Assembly: GCA_052034805.1 (NCBI GenBank)
Contig: JBPOID010000001.1
Coordinates: 28,184-92,183 of the forward strand
Length of the DNA: 64,000 nucleotides
Reading direction: 5' to 3'
Source of the DNA: Candidatus Tayloriibacteriota bacterium
GTDB lineage: Bacteria > Patescibacteriota > Minisyncoccia > Phycocordibacterales > PALSA-1337
The notes under the pieces were generated by a model. The model saw only the letters and a list, made by a program, of their open reading frames with translations. It was not told where the DNA came from and did no database searches. Position numbers and translations under genes: made by a program. Positions 20,819 through 30,831 of this stretch are shown here, piece after piece (the stretch's first letter is position 1; each line of letters begins with the position of its first letter).

Positions 20819-21515
20819 TAAACTGATCTATATAGTAGATGAAATACTAGAAGAAACTCATGATGTAAAAACATTAAAGTTAAAACTAGAGAATGGTGAA
20901 ATACCATCATTTATACCTGGGCAATTCATAACTATATATTTCGAAGAAAGCGGAACACCCGAAGGAAAATCATATAGCATATCCAGTTCGCCAAAAGAAA
21001 AGACTTTGAATATTACAGTAAAATCAATGGGCGAATTTTCAAAAAAACTATGTAATATGAAATGTGGCGATAGAATAAAAGCTTCATCACCTTATGGATT
21101 TTTCTATAGTGAATCAGATAATTCACATATGATAATTATTACCCAAGGTATAGGTATGGCACCTTTCAGATCTATTATTTTAGATAAATTAAATAATAAA
21201 AATAGAAAAATAGATTTATTCTATACAAATAAGACAAAAGAAGATATTATTTTCAGGAAAGAATTCGATAAAATAAAGAAAGAAAATAAAAATATAAAAA
21301 TAAAATATTTTATAACTAGAAATAAAGAAAAAGATAGAAATTATATAAATAGAAGAATTGAAACAAAAGATATATTAGGAAATATAAAAACTATAAAAGA
21401 TAAAGAATTCTTTATCTGCGGTAGTATATCTTTCGTTAGAGACTTTTGGAATAATCTTATTGAATCTGGAATCAAAGAAGGATCTATTTATACAGAAGCA
21501 TTCTTTTCGCATTGA
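20799..21515 (+). CDS. FAD/NAD(P)-binding oxidoreductase (ferredoxin/flavodoxin reductase-like)
   Basis: FIPGQF, KSYSISSSP, GEFS, PYGFF, GIGMAPF, FICGS, terminal EAFF. Confidence 0.88.
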   Translation: MKKIENNKLIYIVDEILEETHDVKTLKLKLENGEIPSFIPGQFITIYFEESGTPEGKSYSISSSPKEKTLNITVKSMGEFSKKLCNMKCGDRIKASSPYGFFYSESDNSHMIIITQGIGMAPFRSIILDKLNNKNRKIDLFYTNKTKEDIIFRKEFDKIKKENKNIKIKYFITRNKEKDRNYINRRIETKDILGNIKTIKDKEFFICGSISFVRDFWNNLIESGIKEGSIYTEAFFSH

Positions 21516-22546
21516 TATCTTTTCAATATCTTTCTTACAAGTCCAGGACCTTCGAATATCATACCTGTTATTATATGTATTAGATCTGCACCAGCTGTGA
21601 ATTTCTCCATAGCAGTATCAGGTGACATAATTCCCCCACAACCTATTACAGTGAAATCTTTATCCATATATTCTCTAGTCTTAGCAACTAAGAAAGTAGA
21701 TGGATGAGTACATGGTTTGCCAGATAAACCTCCAACATAGGTGAAAGGAGCTTCATTCTTTACATCCAAACTAGAATAATCTTTATTCAAATTACCTATT
21801 ATTACTCCTTTTATATTTTTATATTTTTTAATAATATCTAGAAGATTCTTGAAATTATCCCAAGGAAGATTTATAGGCATTTTTATATAAATAGGTTTAT
21901 TGCAAGGTATAGTAGTGAAAGCTTGAAGTAATCTATCTAACAATATAGGAGTAGTGAAAGCTTCACCACCAAAAGCATTTGGACAAGAAATATTTATTGT
22001 ATAATAATCCCCTACTTTTTCTTCATTTAATCTTCTAAAGGAATATAGATAATCGTCTATACCTGCCTGTATAGGAACAGATCTTTCATTATTGGTTCTA
22101 GCGATACTAACACCTATAACAAAGCCTGGAATAGGCTTTTTGGACTTTATACGGGCTATTACGGTATCTACACCGTCATTTCTAAGGCCTTTATTAACTA
22201 TAATACTTTTTGACTTTATAAGTCTGGTAAGTCTAGGCTTTGGATTACCTTCACAAGGATAAGCTGTAACAGAACCTATTTCTTCACCCGCGAAACCCAG
22301 CGAAGCGAGTATTTGTGTCAAACGTCCATTGTAATCAAAACCCGCCGAAAGCATAACCGGAGTATTGTACTTTATACCATCAACAATTTTAGAAATATCT
22401 TTTCCATGATAACCATAGATAAGAGAAAATATCCATCTAGTAATAGCATATTTACCAGAAAATTCTCCAATAAAAACGAAAATATCATGAACTTTTTCTG
22501 GACTAAATCTAAAGAGTATGGGTTTTAGAACTCTTTTGTAAAGCAT
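21488..22546 (-). CDS. pyrD: Dihydroorotate dehydrogenase, class 2-like (quinone type)
   Basis: N-terminal KPILFRFSPEKVH, AGFD, EIGSVT, GNPKPRL, NISCPN, GGLSG, IGCGGI. Confidence 0.88.
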   Translation of the reverse strand: MLYKRVLKPILFRFSPEKVHDIFVFIGEFSGKYAITRWIFSLIYGYHGKDISKIVDGIKYNTPVMLSAGFDYNGRLTQILASLGFAGEEIGSVTAYPCEGNPKPRLTRLIKSKSIIVNKGLRNDGVDTVIARIKSKKPIPGFVIGVSIARTNNERSVPIQAGIDDYLYSFRRLNEEKVGDYYTINISCPNAFGGEAFTTPILLDRLLQAFTTIPCNKPIYIKMPINLPWDNFKNLLDIIKKYKNIKGVIIGNLNKDYSSLDVKNEAPFTYVGGLSGKPCTHPSTFLVAKTREYMDKDFTVIGCGGIMSPDTAMEKFTAGADLIHIITGMIFEGPGLVRKILKRYQCEKNASV

Positions 22547-22554
22547 ATTTGATA

Positions 22555-23760
22555 TTAATAATTTCTTAATCTATTTATATTCTCATGCTGACGAATCTTT
22601 TCATGCGCCTTGGCTTCTATCTGACGTATTCTCTCTCTTGTAACTCCGAATTCCTTTCCTACCTCCTCTAGAGTATGAGTTATACCATCATTTAATCCAT
22701 GTCTCATCTCTAATATTCTTCTTTCTTTTTCGGAAAGATCATTTAATATTCCATTTACTTGATCTCGTAATATTCTACGAGAGCTTTCTTGATCTGGAGA
22801 AAGGATTTTGTCATCAGAAAGGAAATCTCCCAATGTAGACTTTCCATCATCACCATCATCACCTACTGGACTTTCTAGAGAGACAACATCTTGATCTATT
22901 TTTTCTATATTATAGATTTTTTCTACATCTAATCCCATTTCTGTAGCTATTTCTTCTGCCAATGGATCTCGTCCTAAATCTTGAGTAAGTCTTCTAACTA
23001 CTTGTTTGTATTTTGCTATTGTTTCAACCATATGCACTGGAACACGTATAGTTCTACTCTGATCAGCCAAAGCACGAGTTATGGCCTGACGTATCCACCA
23101 TGTAGCATAAGTAGAAAACTTATAACCTTTTGTCCAATCGAATTTATCTACAGCTTTGAAAAGACCTAGATTACCCTCTTGTATAAGATCAAGTAATGTT
23201 AAGTCTGGACTTCTACCTACATATTTTTTTGCTATAGAAACTACGAGACGGAGATTCGCACGAGCAAGCAAATTCTTTGCTTCTATATCACCAGCTTGAA
23301 TTCTTTTTGCTAATTCCTTTTCATTACCAGCAGAAATAAGAGGATATTGACCTATTTCTTTCAAATACATCTGTATAGAATCGAAATTAGAATCACTTTT
23401 CATACCATAAGAATATTTCTTTGGATGAACGATTTCTGGTTCAACTTCCAATAATCCTCCTCCCTCTAGAACATCTATACCGAAAGAAGAAAATCTAGTA
23501 TAAAGATTATCTAGAAATTCAATATCTGTTTCTATATTTGGGAATTCTTTTAGGATCTCATCATAAGTAACGAAACCTCTTTCTTTACCCTTTGCTATAA
23601 GTTTTAGAGCTTTTAGATCTGATTCCTTGCCTTTATTTGGCTTTTTATTATCTTTTTTATTAGATGATTTCTTTATTTTTGTCTTGATCTTGGACTTGGA
23701 TTTTGTTTTATTTGAAATCTTCTTTATTTTATTCTTCTTTGAAACTTTTTTTGAGGACAT
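22555..23760 (-). CDS. rpoD: Primary RNA polymerase sigma factor
   Basis: [59 protein letters not shown]; Lys-rich N-terminus. Confidence 0.96.
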   Translation of the reverse strand: MSSKKVSKKNKIKKISNKTKSKSKIKTKIKKSSNKKDNKKPNKGKESDLKALKLIAKGKERGFVTYDEILKEFPNIETDIEFLDNLYTRFSSFGIDVLEGGGLLEVEPEIVHPKKYSYGMKSDSNFDSIQMYLKEIGQYPLISAGNEKELAKRIQAGDIEAKNLLARANLRLVVSIAKKYVGRSPDLTLLDLIQEGNLGLFKAVDKFDWTKGYKFSTYATWWIRQAITRALADQSRTIRVPVHMVETIAKYKQVVRRLTQDLGRDPLAEEIATEMGLDVEKIYNIEKIDQDVVSLESPVGDDGDDGKSTLGDFLSDDKILSPDQESSRRILRDQVNGILNDLSEKERRILEMRHGLNDGITHTLEEVGKEFGVTRERIRQIEAKAHEKIRQHENINRLRNY

Positions 23761-23830
23761 ATTTTTATTTGTTAAATTTTTATTTATTATTTCTTAATTT
23801 TTACTTGATTTTTATTTGATCTAATTAAAA

Positions 23831-25597
23831 TTATTTTCTGAAATTCCTTAACTTGTCTTCTATTTCTTTTTTCCGAATATTTAAGCTTTTATATTTTTTC
23901 TCGAGTAAATCTTTATCATTTATTTCCATAATTCTCGATAATTCTTCCCTTATAATATCTTCTTCAAAAGTTAGAAGTAATTCTTCTATATGATATTTTT
24001 GATTTTTATTGAATAGAATTTGAGCTTCAAGTAATAGTTCTTCTTTGAATGGTTCTATTTCTTTTATTAAATTATCATAGCGTTCATTGCCCGTAATACG
24101 TTTAATAATAGAGTGTATATCATCTCTATTCTCTTCCTTAAACTCACGTTCAATGTTTATTAGAAGGCCGAATTTCCTTGAAATCGGGTCAAGGAGGCGT
24201 TCTTTAACATTAGGGGCTATTTTAACATCATATGATATTGATTGTCTAGTACTGTTTGCTTGTTTGCTTGACCTTTCTTCTTCATGCATTTTCTTTTCTA
24301 GATTTTTATAATCCTCACTTATAGATTCTTCGGATAAACCAGTTTTCTCCTTTATCAATCTTATAAAATGAGATTTTTCCATATTATTCTCCATAGCTAT
24401 AACAAAGGGTAAGACTCTTTCGCGTAAAAGAGCTGGGATTTTCCTTCTATCTATATTTTTCTCTTTTATTTCTTCCATTAGAGCGTCCAATTCAAATTCG
24501 ACTACTGGTTTCGAATTGCGTAAAACATTTTTCCATTCTTCTGGATCTTTCAATACTAAATCTGCTGGATCTTTACCATTCTTTATAGAAGCAATCTTTA
24601 CATCCATACCTAGAGATAAAGCTATTTCTGCAGATCTCCTAGAAGCTTTTCTCCCAGCATTATCAGAATCAAAAGCTAGAATAATATTTGTAGAAAGTCT
24701 TCTGACTATACCGAGATTATTAACAACATTTTCTTTTGAAACCAATGTATCAGCAAGAGCTGTACCAGAAACAGCCAAGGTATTCCTAATACCAACTTGA
24801 TGAGATAGGACCAAATCCATTTGACCTTCAACCAGAATACTATAATTTTTTATTCTTATATCTTGCTTGGCTTTATCTATACCGTACAATACTGTGCTTT
24901 TATTGTATAAAACAGTATCTGGACTATTGAGATATTTTGCACTTTTGCCATCATCATGAAGTATTCTTCCAGAAAAAGCTATTACCCTACCAGATGAATC
25001 CATAATAGGAAACATTATTCTATCTCTGAATCTATCATAATATCCTCTACTTGCTTCTTCTGCTCTCTTTATGAGACCAGCCTTTTCCATATCATTATCA
25101 GAATATTTTTTATTTTTTAGAAAAGTATATAAAAGTCTCCAATCAGCTTTTATATAACCTATTCTAAAGTTTTTTATGGTTTCTTTTTTTAAACCTCTTT
25201 TATTCAGATAATCCTGCGCTTCCTCTGAAGAAGATAATCCTGATTCAAAGAATTTTGTAGCTTCTTCCATAACTCTATATAATCTTTCTTTTTCTGTTTT
25301 ATTTTCTCCTTTCTCAAAGGTAAGATCTACTCCAGCTCTATCTGCTAGGACCTTGAGTGCACCCATGAAATCCAAACCTTCGAATTGTTCTACGAAATTG
25401 AATATATCGCCTTTTGCACCACATCCAAAGCAATAGAAACCACCCCTTTCTGGTGAAATATAGAAAGAGGGTGTTTTCTCATTATGGAATGGACATCGAG
25501 CTTTTAGATTTTTTCCTGATTTCTCTAGTTTTATATATGAACCGATGACTTCCTCAATACCCAATCGTTCTTTTATTTTTTCGACTGGAGTGGACAT
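23831..25597 (-). CDS. dnaG: DNA primase
   Basis: CPFHNEKTPSF..CFGC Zn finger, DRFRDRIMFP, KYLNSP, EGQMD, FDSDNAG, KDPAD. Confidence 0.96.
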   Translation of the reverse strand: MSTPVEKIKERLGIEEVIGSYIKLEKSGKNLKARCPFHNEKTPSFYISPERGGFYCFGCGAKGDIFNFVEQFEGLDFMGALKVLADRAGVDLTFEKGENKTEKERLYRVMEEATKFFESGLSSSEEAQDYLNKRGLKKETIKNFRIGYIKADWRLLYTFLKNKKYSDNDMEKAGLIKRAEEASRGYYDRFRDRIMFPIMDSSGRVIAFSGRILHDDGKSAKYLNSPDTVLYNKSTVLYGIDKAKQDIRIKNYSILVEGQMDLVLSHQVGIRNTLAVSGTALADTLVSKENVVNNLGIVRRLSTNIILAFDSDNAGRKASRRSAEIALSLGMDVKIASIKNGKDPADLVLKDPEEWKNVLRNSKPVVEFELDALMEEIKEKNIDRRKIPALLRERVLPFVIAMENNMEKSHFIRLIKEKTGLSEESISEDYKNLEKKMHEEERSSKQANSTRQSISYDVKIAPNVKERLLDPISRKFGLLINIEREFKEENRDDIHSIIKRITGNERYDNLIKEIEPFKEELLLEAQILFNKNQKYHIEELLLTFEEDIIREELSRIMEINDKDLLEKKYKSLNIRKKEIEDKLRNFRK

Positions 25598-25613
25598 ATA
25601 ATATTATTTTTTA

Positions 25614-28600
25614 TTATTCTATATCGAATTCTTCTTCTGGCTGTATGTCTTCTATCATTTTCTGTTTTGGACTACCTTTAAATCCTGTACCTGCTGGTAT
25701 CAATCTTCCGATTATAGTATTTTCCATTAGACCAACTAGATTATCTTCACTACCACGTATAGCACTGTTTATAAGAACCTTTGTAGTATGTTGGAATGAA
25801 GCGGCTGATAGGAAGCTCTTTCTTGATAGAGATACTTCTGCAATACCCATCACTACTGGCTTTGCTTTTGCCATTTCTCCACCCTTTGCTTTTATCATAG
25901 CATTTTCTTCTTGTATTTGTGCATCATCAACTATTACACCTTCTGTAAGAGTAGTATCACCTGAAGAAATTATTTGTCTTCTTGAGAACATTTGTCTAAC
26001 TATTATTTCTATATGTTTTCTAGAAACAGTTTCTCCCTGAAGTTCATAGATTTTGCTTACTTCACTTATAACATAAGCTTTTGCTCTTTCTGCTCCACCA
26101 TATTCGAAGACTTCATCTATATCAGCAGAACCATCTGTGATAATATCTCCCTTCTTTACTTTATCTCCAACCTTTACTGTAGGTATTCTCTTATAATTGA
26201 ATACATATTCAACTTCAGAAGCTTTCTTGCCTTTTGATCTATCTTCTAATTCTGGTATTACTTTTATTATTTTTTCTTTTATCAAATCCTTTACTTCTGT
26301 AACGACACCATCAACTGTAGCAACTACCGCAGGATTCTTTGGGCTTCTCTTTTCGAAAACTTCTTCAACACGAGGTAGACCCAAAGTAATATCTCCACCA
26401 ACAGATGCAGTACCTCCAGCGTGGAATGTTCTCATTGTTAGCTGTGTTCCAGGTTCACCGATAGCTTGAGCTGCTATAGTACCTATAGCTTCACCCAATT
26501 CTACTATTTTATTCTTTCCTAGATCTATTCCATAACAATTAGCACATACTCCTGTAATACTCTTACATGATAATGGTGAGCGTACCTTCACAGATGATAC
26601 TCCCATTTCTTCTACTTTCTGAGCTTCTTGTTTACTCAATAGATGTCCTTTCTTGAATAGAACATTTCCATTTGTATCCAATACATCTTCTGCGATAACA
26701 CGTCCACGAATATTCTTTGAAATAGGAATATCCATACCTGATGCTGTTATTTTCTTTATTTCTATACTATCTTTTGTTCCACAATCTTCTTCATTCACTA
26801 TAACATCCTGAGCAACAACGAATAGTTTACGAGTAAGATATCCAGCTTTTGCAGTGTTTAGGGCAGTGTCTGTTAGACCTTTTCTTGAACCGTGAGTAGT
26901 AATGAAATATTCTATAGGTGTAAGTCCTTCTTTTGAACAAGATAGAATTGGGAATTCTATAGTACCTGTAGTAGATGAAATAAGTCCTTTCATACCTGCC
27001 ATTTGTGTAATCTGTGATAGAGATCCACGGGCTCCAGATGTAACCATATCGTATACAGATCCCATTTTATTTAGAGAATTAGGGATAAGCTTTTCTACAT
27101 CGTTCTTTGCTTTATGCCAAATCTCAATATTCTTTCTGAATCTTTCATCTTCTGCTAGAAGTCCTTCATTGAATTGATGCATAATAAGATCACTTTTATC
27201 CTTTGCTGATTTTATTATTTCAAATTTACCATTTGGAACAACTATATCATCTATACCCCATGTAGTACCTGAGAATGTTGTATATTTGAATCCGAATGCT
27301 TTTATTTTATCTAGAATAGGTGGTAGAGCTCCTATACCATTTGTGATTATAATATCATCTATAATAGATGCTAATTTCTTTCTATCAATTTCTTTATTTA
27401 TATAAGGATAATCAGTTGGTAATATATCATTGAATAATATTCTACCTACTGTAGTCTCGAATATTTTGCCATCGAATTGTGAATATTTCTTGTTACTATT
27501 TGGTAAAACCTTTATTAAAGTTCTATAACCAATAGCACCGAAATTATGAGCTGATAGAGCTGCTTCAGGACTTTCGAATATCATACCTTCACCCTTTTCA
27601 CCTGATACAGTCTTTGTAATCCAGAAACATCCAAGAACTATTTCTAGTAGCTTTGATATAACTGTAGGATCTCCATTTCCTGGTTTTAGTATATTTTTAT
27701 CAGAAGCCATTATTTCTTTTGCTTCTAATTGAGCTTCTTCACCCAATGGAACGTGAACGGCCATCTGGTCTCCATCGAAGTCAGCATTGAAAGCTGTACA
27801 TACTAGTGGGTGAACTTGAATAGCATTTCCTTCTATTAGAACTGGACGAAATGCTTGTATACCTAGACGGTGTAGAGTAGGAGCACGGTTTAGAAGAACA
27901 TATTTTCCTGCTATAACTTCTTCTAATATTTCCCAAACTTCTTTTGCTCCATCATCTATAAGTCTTCCAGCTCCACGAATATTATAAGCAAGTTCTCTCT
28001 TTAATAGACCAGAGATAACGAAAGGACGGAATAATTCCAATGCCATATGCTTTGGCAAACCACATTGATCTAGAGATAATTCTGGTCCAACAACTATCAC
28101 AGAACGTCCAGAATAATCCACACGCTTACCCAAAAGGTTAAGACGAAATAGACCACGCTTACTCTTTAGATTATCTGATAGAGATTTCAAAGCTCTTTTT
28201 TGACTTTGTATAGCGGCTGCACCTGTTGTATTTCCATGACGAATAGAATTATCTATAAGAGCGTCTACAGCTTCTTGTAGAATTCTTTTTTCATTTCTTA
28301 GAATAACATCTGGAGCATTTATCTCGCGAAGTTTCAATAAACGATTATTTCTATTTATTACTCTTCTATACAAATCATTTATATCTGAAGTAGCATATCT
28401 TCCTCCATCTAGTGGAACCATAGGACGAAGTGCTGGTGGAATAACTGGAATACGAGTAAGGAACATCCATTCAGGACGGATTCCAGATTTTATCATTGAT
28501 TTTATCAAGAAAAGTCTCTTTGAAAGTTTTTCTTTATCTATTGAACTAGCATTTTCTAATTCTTTCTCTATTTCTTCTCTGAGCTTATTCATATCTGTCT

Positions 28601-29288
28601 TCTTCAAGATTTCAAATATTGCTTCAGCACCTATTCCAGCTTCGAACAGAGAACCATATTTCATAGAATATTTATGGAATTGAACTTCATCCATAACAAA
28701 TCCTGGTGTAATACTATCTATTTCTTTTTTAGCATTATTCAATAATTCTTTAAGAGCTTCTTTTGTCTTGTCGTCTTGAGCTGCTTTTACTTTTGATTTG
28801 AATTCAGAATCCAATTCTTTTGAGAATTTTTGTTTCTCTTCATCGAATACTTTTGTAACAATATATCCAGCGAAATATACAACTTTCTCTAGATCAGAAG
28901 TAGACATACCCATAATAAGACCTATTCTTGAAGGCATATTACGTAGGAACCATATATGAGATACAGGTGTAGCAAGCTCTATATGACCCATTCTCTCACG
29001 GCGTACTATAGAACGAGTTATTTCAACTCCACATTTTTCACAAACTATTCCCTTATATCTTATTCCACGATATTTTCCACAATAACATTCATAATCCTTA
29101 TCTGGACCGAAGATTTTCTCATCGAATAAACCGTTTTTCTCTGATCTTTGTGTTCTGTAGTTTATAGTTTCTGGCTTTGTGATTTCACCGAATGACCATT
29201 CTAATATTTTTTCTGGACTCGCTACTCCTAGTTTTACGATATCGAAATCTCGAGGTTCCATATTTTTCTTTGTATTTGTTGTTTGCAT
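25614..29288 (-). CDS. rpoC: RNA polymerase beta' subunit
   Basis: NADFDGD active site, GKRVDYSGRSVI, GEPGTQLTMRTFH. Confidence 0.99.
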   Translation of the reverse strand: MQTTNTKKNMEPRDFDIVKLGVASPEKILEWSFGEITKPETINYRTQRSEKNGLFDEKIFGPDKDYECYCGKYRGIRYKGIVCEKCGVEITRSIVRRERMGHIELATPVSHIWFLRNMPSRIGLIMGMSTSDLEKVVYFAGYIVTKVFDEEKQKFSKELDSEFKSKVKAAQDDKTKEALKELLNNAKKEIDSITPGFVMDEVQFHKYSMKYGSLFEAGIGAEAIFEILKKTDMNKLREEIEKELENASSIDKEKLSKRLFLIKSMIKSGIRPEWMFLTRIPVIPPALRPMVPLDGGRYATSDINDLYRRVINRNNRLLKLREINAPDVILRNEKRILQEAVDALIDNSIRHGNTTGAAAIQSQKRALKSLSDNLKSKRGLFRLNLLGKRVDYSGRSVIVVGPELSLDQCGLPKHMALELFRPFVISGLLKRELAYNIRGAGRLIDDGAKEVWEILEEVIAGKYVLLNRAPTLHRLGIQAFRPVLIEGNAIQVHPLVCTAFNADFDGDQMAVHVPLGEEAQLEAKEIMASDKNILKPGNGDPTVISKLLEIVLGCFWITKTVSGEKGEGMIFESPEAALSAHNFGAIGYRTLIKVLPNSNKKYSQFDGKIFETTVGRILFNDILPTDYPYINKEIDRKKLASIIDDIIITNGIGALPPILDKIKAFGFKYTTFSGTTWGIDDIVVPNGKFEIIKSAKDKSDLIMHQFNEGLLAEDERFRKNIEIWHKAKNDVEKLIPNSLNKMGSVYDMVTSGARGSLSQITQMAGMKGLISSTTGTIEFPILSCSKEGLTPIEYFITTHGSRKGLTDTALNTAKAGYLTRKLFVVAQDVIVNEEDCGTKDSIEIKKITASGMDIPISKNIRGRVIAEDVLDTNGNVLFKKGHLLSKQEAQKVEEMGVSSVKVRSPLSCKSITGVCANCYGIDLGKNKIVELGEAIGTIAAQAIGEPGTQLTMRTFHAGGTASVGGDITLGLPRVEEVFEKRSPKNPAVVATVDGVVTEVKDLIKEKIIKVIPELEDRSKGKKASEVEYVFNYKRIPTVKVGDKVKKGDIITDGSADIDEVFEYGGAERAKAYVISEVSKIYELQGETVSRKHIEIIVRQMFSRRQIISSGDTTLTEGVIVDDAQIQEENAMIKAKGGEMAKAKPVVMGIAEVSLSRKSFLSAASFQHTTKVLINSAIRGSEDNLVGLMENTIIGRLIPAGTGFKGSPKQKMIEDIQPEEEFDIE

Positions 29289-29311
29289 ATATTTTTAGTT
29301 ATTTGGTGAGA

Positions 29312-30811
29312 TTAGTTGGTAATGGTTATCATTCCATCGCTTTGATCTTCAGTGATCAAAGTCCCATATAAATCTGGTGGATTACACCATAGTCTAGATC
29401 CTTCTTTAACCATCTGTGTACAAGTCTTGCCATTATATAGCGGAACTTTTCCATCGTATAAAGAAACTTTTACTTTATATTGACCTGGTACAGTATCAGC
29501 CAGAATATCACCCGTTACATGATACTTAGAGATATTTAATAGATAAGAATAATTTGTAGTTGTAGCAGAAGAATCAATTGAATAAGAATCACCATTACCA
29601 ATAGATATTAAGAATTTATATCCCTCAGGTAATGTTTTATTAGCATTCCACTTAACAAAAGTATTATCGCCAATTTTTACAATCTCTCCTCCATTTGGAG
29701 AAATAATAGTAATAGAAGGTTCTAAATTCAATCCACCAGACATATTTGGATTTGTTCCTCTATATGAAGCTGATTCACATTTTGAATTATACATAACTTG
29801 ACCTTCTGGACATTTAGCAGTCGTGTTTGTTATGGGAATAAATTTAAATGTAGAAAGAATTTGTTTATTTATTTGATCAATTTCTTTTCCATCACTAATA
29901 GCAGGAAAACTAATCAGATAAGTTCTACCATTATAATTAACTACAACTCCATAATTATATTCTCCTGCATATGTTGAGGGTGTTTTCATACTATAACCAT
30001 TTACTCCTCCTTGAAATTTTACTATGGTTGAATATTCTGTTTTATTAATGTATTTTGATGTATTACAATCTCCATTATCTATTCTACATAAATTAATTGT
30101 GAGATCAGCAGCATCACCTGAAGTTTCTTTTTTACTTAGATAAGCACTATTATTTTCTGGTTTAACCAAAACAATTTGATCACTATATGGATAAGTAATA
30201 TCTGCATTAAGATTTGAATGTATTATCCAATCACTAGGATATTTAAATTCAAAACCAAGTCTTGAATTCGTATATGTCTTCCAATTAGAATTAGTTATAG
30301 AGTCTTTATTATCTCCTGGTGCATAAGAAAACTTAACTGATTTTATTGCAGGAAATTGCAATAATGTTTTCTCTACTATTGGATGAATTTTCGCAATACT
30401 AAATGATACACCAGCCCAACCATCTATATCCATCTTTAGTAATACATAAGCAGTTCCATCTACTACTTTAAGATAAGAGACTTGTTCCTCTGAAGGACTT
30501 ATCTGAGAAAGTATTACCTTTGCTGCAAGTTCTGCACTTGTTCTAACTATATCTGTAGTTGATGTTGAAATAGTCTTTTTTTCAAATTCCCAAGTTGTTA
30601 CAGGATTAACACCTCCATTTGAAACATATTCATTTACAGCTTTTGTATATGAAGGAATGTCCTTTGGAACCATTATTGTTACAGGTACTATATATTGTTC
30701 TCCATGGCAACAATTCAAAGATCGTATTGGTAATAAGAAATTATAGACAGCTCCTGCTACCCCTATCACCACAACCGCTATAATAACCCCCCAAATAATT
30801 TTTTTATTCAT
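29312..30811 (-). CDS. Secreted/membrane-anchored multidomain surface protein inserted between rpoB and rpoC
   Basis: N-terminal TM; TLLQFPAIKSV (GerMN-like); WKTYTNSRLGFEFKYPSDW (PsbP-like); PSITIISPNGGE (Ser/Thr-rich Ig-like). Confidence 0.7.
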   Translation of the reverse strand: MNKKIIWGVIIAVVVIGVAGAVYNFLLPIRSLNCCHGEQYIVPVTIMVPKDIPSYTKAVNEYVSNGGVNPVTTWEFEKKTISTSTTDIVRTSAELAAKVILSQISPSEEQVSYLKVVDGTAYVLLKMDIDGWAGVSFSIAKIHPIVEKTLLQFPAIKSVKFSYAPGDNKDSITNSNWKTYTNSRLGFEFKYPSDWIIHSNLNADITYPYSDQIVLVKPENNSAYLSKKETSGDAADLTINLCRIDNGDCNTSKYINKTEYSTIVKFQGGVNGYSMKTPSTYAGEYNYGVVVNYNGRTYLISFPAISDGKEIDQINKQILSTFKFIPITNTTAKCPEGQVMYNSKCESASYRGTNPNMSGGLNLEPSITIISPNGGEIVKIGDNTFVKWNANKTLPEGYKFLISIGNGDSYSIDSSATTTNYSYLLNISKYHVTGDILADTVPGQYKVKVSLYDGKVPLYNGKTCTQMVKEGSRLWCNPPDLYGTLITEDQSDGMITITN

Positions 30812-30831
30812 ATATTTTATTTAGTGAATTA

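Noticed and set aside
24080-24220. Slightly GC-richer patch in the dnaG 3' region
   Set aside because: Frame is intact, the region is a variable linker and no boundary signals are visible
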